DNA of 64,000 bases, taken from positions 32,116,001 to 32,180,000 of the forward strand of contig OX442314.1 in the NCBI GenBank assembly GCA_949358305.1. Reading direction: 5' to 3'. Made by a program: the position numbers and the translations under genes. Positions 57,708 to 64,000 of the stretch are shown here, piece after piece; within the stretch, counting starts at the first letter, position 1; every line of letters starts with the position of its first letter. The DNA comes from Strigamia acuminata. Its lineage: Eukaryota. Under the pieces are notes generated by a model. The model was given only the letters and a program-made list of their open reading frames with translations. It did no database searches and was not told the origin of the DNA.

Positions 57708-60700
57708 GCCAGATCAGTTCTTAACTCCATCATCATTTTCATCATGGTTTGCATGATGTCCTTTTCTTTGACGGTTTTCTCACATTTATCTGAGTAGTGA
57801 CCGTATTCTCCGCAGCTGTAACATTTGATGTTACTTTTATCCCCTGTGGGAGTGAATCCCGGTTTTTTCGGGACGAAGGGCGTCGGGAATCGTCTTTTTC
57901 CTCCCAATGCCCCTCTCGCTTTTGTTGCCTGCACGTGTGCTCTGAATTGTGCGATTGCTAAGGCCCGGTGTGCATGGTGCAAATAGGGACCTTGATCGTC
58001 GCATCCCGTCGACAAGTTTTCGAGGTGCTCATTTAGGGCTTCCTCGTCGCTTGATGCTGGCTCCTCTTCTTTAGCCGTGGCGAGAGGTGTTGTCTCTTCG
58101 ACTTTCTCCATCTGGGTGGAGTCCGTCGAGGTCACCTGCATCGCCGTTGCTGCCGGTGCTTTCTTTGGGGCAGCTATCGGGTTGGCTGGAAGAATACTGC
58201 CTGCTTTAGGCGTCAGCATTCGTCCGAAGGATGCTTCGGTGAGACTCATTATGCCGCTCAAATATTCACTTGGCCTCATTAATTTTTCTGAGGTCTTGTG
58301 GCGTTCGGCGCTCGTCTGCAACCGCTTCTCGTGCGCGTCAGCTTCTTCCGGGGGCAGAGTGGCGTAATACCGCTGTTCTATTTCTAACGTGTTTGTTAGA
58401 AGATAGTTACTGACATCTTGGTAATCGCCAGTGCGGGGTGCACGCATGTCTAGCAGAATTCTTTGCGAGTGGGCCGATAATCCTCCGTAAAAGATCATCG
58501 TAAAACCAGCGGGGTTTATTTCGTACGGCGCTCTTGCAAACAGGAGTTTCGCTCGGGCGTCGTAGTCGGCTAATGTTTCTCCTGGGGCTTGCCGTAGACC
58601 ACGTAATTTGTTACTGATCTCGTCTGGAGTCTCGCCGTATCGGAGATCGAAACGGACGAGAAAATCGTCCCAGGTTGGGTTTTTCAGTCCCTGATACCAT
58701 TCTCGAGCTGACCCCGTGGTTAGCTCCACTAGACCGTGGGTTAGCATGTCGGCGACGGTGGCTTTTGTCGCTTTCTTGATACGCATTACTTCGTCTAGGA
58801 AGCGGTCTCCGGCCTTCCACGAACCGTCGAATCGTGTTTGTATGTAGTGTTGCCAACGGATGTTACCCGTGGCTTCGCTGCTTGGTTCGTTTCGTACGCC
58901 ATATTTACGCTTAACCCTCTCTCCAGCGCGATTATGTTCGTCGCCTGGATGGCCTAGATCGATTCCTTCTCTTCTGAAAGAGTTCAGCAGGGCTCGTCCT
59001 AGCTCAGACATCGTGTAATGTCGGCCAGATGAGTCCTGAAAGTTCCCTTCCTCCGAACGAGGGTTGGAGCTCCGGGAGGAGCGGTCTGAAGCATTCGGCC
59101 GGTTCGACCGGTGCCCATCGCTGTCTTCTTGACTCCTCCCTGTAGACGGTCGACTCGGATGGTCGTCGTCCGACGAATCGGAGGGCTCGGAGGGATCTCC
59201 TTGGGGGTGAAACCTCGGCCCTCTCGGTGGGGTCTCTCCGCCAGCCTTCTTCTGTTTCGAGCCTCCGGATGGCGGCGGCTCCCCTCCGTCGTTGTTCTCG
59301 TAAAAAGAATGCCATCTGTTTTCCTCGCTTTCGGGGCGTTCCCGATTTTTATTTGCGTTTTTCTTTTCGAGTAACGCGTCGATGGCTGCTCCCGTCTCGG
59401 ATCTTTTTGAGGGGTGACGGTCCTTTGTTTTTGGGACCGACTCGTCTCTCTTTTGAGATTTCCCCCTTTTCGCCGTTTTTGCCGGCTTTGTTGCACCTTC
59501 TCCTGTGTCGGTATCAGAGCCGCTGGGGGGTTCTGGTTTCCGTTTCAGGTTTTCTTCATTTTTCTTCCTGTCCGAGACGTCTTGTGCGTACTCTTTCTGG
59601 AACTTTTCTGTCTCCTTCTCCCAGTTTTCGGCTTCCCATCTTTTTTGCTCATCTATTATAGCTTGTTTCTTCGCTTTGTACTCTTCGGTCCATCTGACTC
59701 GATCCCACTCTTCTTTCTCTTTCAGAAACTGTTCTTTTTCTTTTCTGGCTTCCTCTTCTCTCAACCTCTCGCGATGTTGTTCTTCCCATTTCTGATGTTG
59801 TAGAATGGCCTCTTTTCGCAACATTTGTAGTTTTTCTGTTTTTCTTTGAGCTATTAGCGCTTGAAATTGGTCCTCGTACTCTTGAGCTTCTCGATGTCGC
59901 CCTTCTACTGTTGCGTTCCATTCTTTTCGAATTTTAGCTTCTCGTTCTTCCCTCATTTTTTGGACCAGTTTCTCTGTTCTCTCGGTGGTTCTTCTCTCGC
60001 GTTGCTCCCTTTCTTCCTCTTCCTTCCAGAGTTCTCGCCGCTCTGCGCTCAGCCTTCGTTGGCGACTAGTCGCTTCTTGTCTGGCTTCCTCGCGGGCCTT
60101 CTCTCTGGATTCGTGAAGTGTTCGGTTGGGGTCTGGCGCGAAACCTCCGGTGTCACTGGGCGTTACCTGGGGCATGGGCGTCTCCGCTGCTGGTCTTGCG
60201 ACCGGCGTCGGGGCTTGTGCCGCACAGATAGCGTCAGTGAGTAGGGTAATCGATTCCCAGACTGACGTTCCTACTGGAATGTCTATCATCGCTTTTAGCT
60301 GGGCAGCTTGCTGCGTCAACCGAATTAGGTGAGATACTTCGAAGGAAACAACTGCAGGACTCGCCGTAACTCGGGGGGTTATCGGGGTCCCGCCGTCGTT
60401 TTTCCGTGGGGTTTGTTTTACGGACGTCTGAGCCGTTGGTGGCGATGGGTCTGTGCCGATCGTGACCGTTCTTTTCGGAGCTTCATCCGTCTCCTCGGTC
60501 ATCAATATCGATACTCGTCCTGGTGATATCTCGCGAATTTCTTCTCGATTTTCTATGGCTTCCGGATCGGTATCTTCGAAGGGTTGCATATTCAAGGGAA
60601 CCCGCTCTCGCTCTGGCCCGTCTAGGGCCGCGAGCGATGCAGCTTGCTCCTCTTTCTGCGCCTTCGCTCTCCTTTTATTCGCTCGGGCTTTCGCCTTTGC

Positions 60701-60814
60701 GGACATTTCAGGGACGGGACCATCCGATCTCAGGTGGTAGTCGGAGGTCCTTTTTCCCTTCTCGGGCATTCTCTGCTCGGTTTCAGACGTGGATTGCTCG
60801 TCTTTGTCTGACAT
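57674..60814 (-). CDS. gag: Element C Gag (1046 aa)
   Basis: E/K/R-rich coiled-coil-like region, capsid region shared with B gag, and CCHC knuckle CYSCGEYGHYSDKC. Confidence 0.94.
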   Translation of the reverse strand: MSDKDEQSTSETEQRMPEKGKRTSDYHLRSDGPVPEMSAKAKARANKRRAKAQKEEQAASLAALDGPERERVPLNMQPFEDTDPEAIENREEIREISPGRVSILMTEETDEAPKRTVTIGTDPSPPTAQTSVKQTPRKNDGGTPITPRVTASPAVVSFEVSHLIRLTQQAAQLKAMIDIPVGTSVWESITLLTDAICAAQAPTPVARPAAETPMPQVTPSDTGGFAPDPNRTLHESREKAREEARQEATSRQRRLSAERRELWKEEEEREQRERRTTERTEKLVQKMREEREAKIRKEWNATVEGRHREAQEYEDQFQALIAQRKTEKLQMLRKEAILQHQKWEEQHRERLREEEARKEKEQFLKEKEEWDRVRWTEEYKAKKQAIIDEQKRWEAENWEKETEKFQKEYAQDVSDRKKNEENLKRKPEPPSGSDTDTGEGATKPAKTAKRGKSQKRDESVPKTKDRHPSKRSETGAAIDALLEKKNANKNRERPESEENRWHSFYENNDGGEPPPSGGSKQKKAGGETPPRGPRFHPQGDPSEPSDSSDDDHPSRPSTGRSQEDSDGHRSNRPNASDRSSRSSNPRSEEGNFQDSSGRHYTMSELGRALLNSFRREGIDLGHPGDEHNRAGERVKRKYGVRNEPSSEATGNIRWQHYIQTRFDGSWKAGDRFLDEVMRIKKATKATVADMLTHGLVELTTGSAREWYQGLKNPTWDDFLVRFDLRYGETPDEISNKLRGLRQAPGETLADYDARAKLLFARAPYEINPAGFTMIFYGGLSAHSQRILLDMRAPRTGDYQDVSNYLLTNTLEIEQRYYATLPPEEADAHEKRLQTSAERHKTSEKLMRPSEYLSGIMSLTEASFGRMLTPKAGSILPANPIAAPKKAPAATAMQVTSTDSTQMEKVEETTPLATAKEEEPASSDEEALNEHLENLSTGCDDQGPYLHHAHRALAIAQFRAHVQATKARGALGGKRRFPTPFVPKKPGFTPTGDKSNIKCYSCGEYGHYSDKCEKTVKEKDIMQTMMKMMMELRTDLAKNFQAQASPK

Positions 60815-60888
60815 TTTCTTTCGGTAATTCTACGATTTGGGTTATCTTATTGAGAGATCACAAGTTCAGATTTGAGATTTATTTCTAA

Positions 60889-60906
60889 ATCCCGGACAGA
60901 CCCCCA
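60889..60906 (-). promoter_or_regulatory. Primer-binding site, tRNA-Pro-like (element C)
   Basis: TGGGGGTCTGTCCGGGAT. Confidence 0.75.
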
Positions 60907-60908
60907 CG

Positions 60909-61728
60909 TGTCGCGTCCTACTTGGTATAGGTTTAAATAGCGCTAACGTGTAATACTTTACCTGTGATCAATTATGTAAATACCCAAATGAATACCAAAT
61001 GTATGTAAATAAACAGGTAATTTATTCACCAGGCTTTATGCCTTTAAAATACACTCAGTAATAATTCTAGAGTCGACGTGGTCAGCGTCGAACAAAGGAT
61101 TTCTCAAGATGGCGTCGTCGATTCCGCGTGGTCGGCGGAACAAAGGCGGCGTCTCGAGTTGTCGTTAATTCGTCACGGATTCGTCTTCACGGACGCGGTG
61201 GAATGCTCTTTCGAGTCTTCTATCCGTGCCTGTTGTCTAGGGTTTGTTTAGCGTCGCAGAGGCCTCGTCTAGGAACTTTGGGGTTCCCTACAAAGCACTC
61301 GGACACTTACTTCGGCGAATAATCGTCTGGGCGATTATTCTGGGTGATTTCACAAGGGCTATTCTCGTGCTTTCGCAGGAATAGCTCGCAAGTGACTTCG
61401 TGAGAGTTACAGTTTGCACTTTACTCAGCGATCCTCGATCAATCCTAACTTGTAGTTGAAGTTGGCCTGACGGTGAGGTAGTTGCTGTGTTCTTGGTGTC
61501 GTTTGTGTAAGTTCTGTCTTTAGGCGGGAAACACAGCCTTTTATGCAGTGGGGTGAAGGGCCGGCGATCAACCAATGGGGGCTGACCACCAGCCGCTTCC
61601 TCCCCCTCGGGGCACACACCTGCCATGGGGAGGTGGAGCCAACTCGGGGGGGAACGACTCTTTAATCATAGTGACTCATAGGACAAGTATCCGCCCTGGG
61701 GGGACACTTATCCAACTGGGTCACCACA
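60909..61728 (-). repeat. Element C 5' LTR
   Basis: TG...CA termini, adjacent to the PBS. Confidence 0.95.
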
Positions 61729-62109
61729 AATTATGTTTTGATTTTATTAAGTCAAAATTCGAAGAGTTGTTACAAATCCTCTAATAAACATGTTCATGTT
61801 TGAATTAGATTGGTAGAGTAAGATTTCAATCGAAATCGAGTGGATGACGAATATGAATGACATGTTCCGAAGAATCCATCCCGTTGCCTTGCAACTAGGA
61901 GGTGTATCGTACAGGAAAGCCAATTAGTCAATTGTGTTATGAGTTTCTGAAAGAAATTAGTGTGATTAATTTTGACTAAAATTAATAGAGCAGGTATTGG
62001 ATTATAAATAATTCAATAAAAATCAGGGTGAACATCTTAAACTTAAGAAGTAATCTTTCCGATGACAAATATAGAGTTAGTAAACTCTTATGTTTGCCAC
62101 CGGGGGATG

Positions 62110-63769
62110 TGTGACGGTTATAAAACCGTATAATTTCCGATTTGCCGCCAGATGGCACTATTTAACTAAAAGCGCGCATTTTCGAATGAATTGCGAGAAT
62201 TATAATTAATTGTCGGAATGACGTGAATAAATATAAATTATTTATTAAACATGATAAAGTATTATTTACTTAAATATTGATTCTGCCGAATCAATATTAT
62301 ATTTTATATTTACTTGTTGAAGGGGACCAATCGGACCCTTCTGGACCCAATTCCATATTAGGTCCGAACCCCGGTCTCTATTAGGTCCGGACTAGTGATC
62401 CACGAATCCGTCGATCCAGGCACCTGATTGGCTGTCGCCAATCTGATTGTTCTCAGGAACTATATAAGCTCTGGTTTTCTACCAGGCCCCTGGCTTGTTT
62501 TCTGTATGTTTGTATGTATTGTTGGTTATCGTTTGATTTCTCTCTTTCTTAACCGACACATCAGGCCCCCTCGACTCTCATCCGACTGGATATTGTCGTT
62601 GTAGCGTCATTTCGGGAAGACTAACTCCGGTTACCAAATGGTCCCGTAACGTTAGCCAGCTGCTCTAAGGGGCAGTAGGATTTCGTACGGTGGCTTAATA
62701 TAACGGTCGTATACAGTACGACCTTGCTAAATGAAAGTAGGTCCCTCAGCTAACTGGCCTCAGTCCGCTGCAGGATGGCTGTTGTAAATAGCCCTCGCAG
62801 GTTCCTGTCTTTCTGCGATCGGTCCTTCCGCACGTTAAAAGTCGGTAAAGGCCTAATGCACAGGTAACACGCCGGGTTGGTAGCCCGTGAGCAATATCCG
62901 TGAAGATGTTGCGTTAAATAACTACCTGGATAATGGTAATCCAACAGCAGTGGCTGATTAATATTTTACCCGGTGCTCGGTCTAATGACCCCGTCATCGT
63001 AAGGCATGCTGGCGGATGGAGGAGTCAAATCCTCCCGCGATGGTTCCCTCAACCGTCGTGACGGTCCCCGCCCCATCGTACACTCCGGGTCGGTATCCCG
63101 TGAACGGTATTACAAATACTGTGCTAAATAAAATACCCAGGTATTGGTAATCCTGTAATTGGCAAGTCCATAGGAATGTTTACTTGGTGGTTGGTACCAC
63201 CGATAGCGACTAAAAGCGTACAAACAAATACTCGGCGCCTGATCACGAGATCTTGTCGTCGTAAGGCATGCTGGCGGATGGAGCCTCAACAACTCCCGCG
63301 ACGGTCCTGTCGACTGTCGCGACTGTCCCCGCCCCATTAATATTTATACAACAATTCATTTGTTGTATTCCACTAATCACTTTGTATTTATTTGACCTGG
63401 AATATTCTACAGAATATTCCTTTCCATACGAAGGACTCTTCGTATTATTAGATATTCGAGCTGCGGACCAAATACGTCTCCGTAGCGTTATTTGTGACGA
63501 TGCCGCAAAGTCAGCCGTACCCTTCGTGCATCGCCCGGATCCTCAACCAGTGTAGCCGCCGCTTACACGTATCCAGAACCCCGAACCATTTGTATTCGTA
63601 GAAACAAGCAAGTAAAACCGTAAGTTTGTATCATTTCGTTGTTTTATTCATTTAGCGCACATTTCGTAGCTTATCTCGGTTAGGTTGTTGTTAGTCTTAA
63701 CAACGTCTTGTTCCGACCGATTTATCTCTTAAAATGGCTAATAAATCAGCCAAAAGTAGAATCGTCACA
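62110..63769 (+). repeat. Element D 3' LTR (1660 bp, uninterrupted)
   Basis: TGTGACGG...CGTCACA; contains the empty B insertion site (single CGTA at 63441-63444). Confidence 0.95.
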
Positions 63770-63949
63770 AGCGTCACAGTGGTGAATGGTGAAAACAGCA
63801 GAGTCAGCAGTTGTCTCTGCTGTGGTTGGGACCGTGGCAGCTCACCCTGGCACGTCTTTACCCTCGGCTCTCTCAGCAACGTCTCTCTCTCACCACACCA
63901 CTCGGTTCCCTCTTCCGCTGCTAGGCTGGTCCACTCCTCCCCGGTTAGC

Positions 63950-63997
63950 GTCATTTTAGCGACGCTCATTTTAGCGAAAAAGTCCCATTTTAGCGAA
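63950..63997. repeat. Three copies of CATTTTAGCGA, possibly subterminal repeats of a DNA element continuing off the window
   Basis: Read directly; the element assignment is a guess. Confidence 0.5.
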
Positions 63998-64000
63998 CAT

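Larger units (their letters stand above)
48859..61728 (-). mobile_element. Element C: full-length Ty3/Gypsy LTR retrotransposon (12.9 kb) with a third, non-env gene; nested in D
   Basis: 820-bp LTRs at 48859-49678 and 60909-61728, TSD AATT, PBS at 60889-60906, PPT GGAGGAGGGA at 49681-49690. Confidence 0.97.
31333..63769 (+). mobile_element. Element D: non-autonomous gag-only LTR retroelement (about 8.9 kb net) hosting nested elements B and C
   Basis: 1660-bp LTRs (5' copy split as 31333-32667 + 43361-43685; 3' copy 62110-63769), TSD AGCG (31329-31332, 63770-63773), tRNA-Gln-like PBS at 43688-43705 and PPT-like GGGGGATG before 62110. No pol. Confidence 0.93.

Overview
This is AT-rich eukaryotic DNA, probably arthropod (inferred from the receptor family). 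It holds a tandem cluster of minus-strand, 11-exon ionotropic-receptor (IR / variant iGluR) genes invaded by six young LTR retroelements. IR gene 1 (3544-23748) is an intact 601-aa model with a complete BEL/Pao element (6552-13037) and a non-coding 8.5-kb LTR element (E, 13551-22048) in its introns. IR gene 2 (25856-30401) has one homopolymer frameshift, and a third IR fragment lies at about 2106-2292. A capsid-only non-autonomous LTR element (D, 31333-63769) hosts two complete Gypsy elements, B (32668-43356) and C (48859-61728). The 5' end of a relative of C (A, 1-2037) runs off the left edge. Four observations stand out. (1) A non-env accessory protein with two conserved domains is a separate spliced gene in element C but is fused in frame to integrase in element B. 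(2) Both IR genes lack the M2 re-entrant pore loop. (3) The LTRs of the two non-autonomous elements carry duplicated, covarying, sense-strand RNA structures. (4) Element D appears to express a lone capsid ORF from an internal promoter or by splicing. All alignments and translations were done by eye; no database searches were run.
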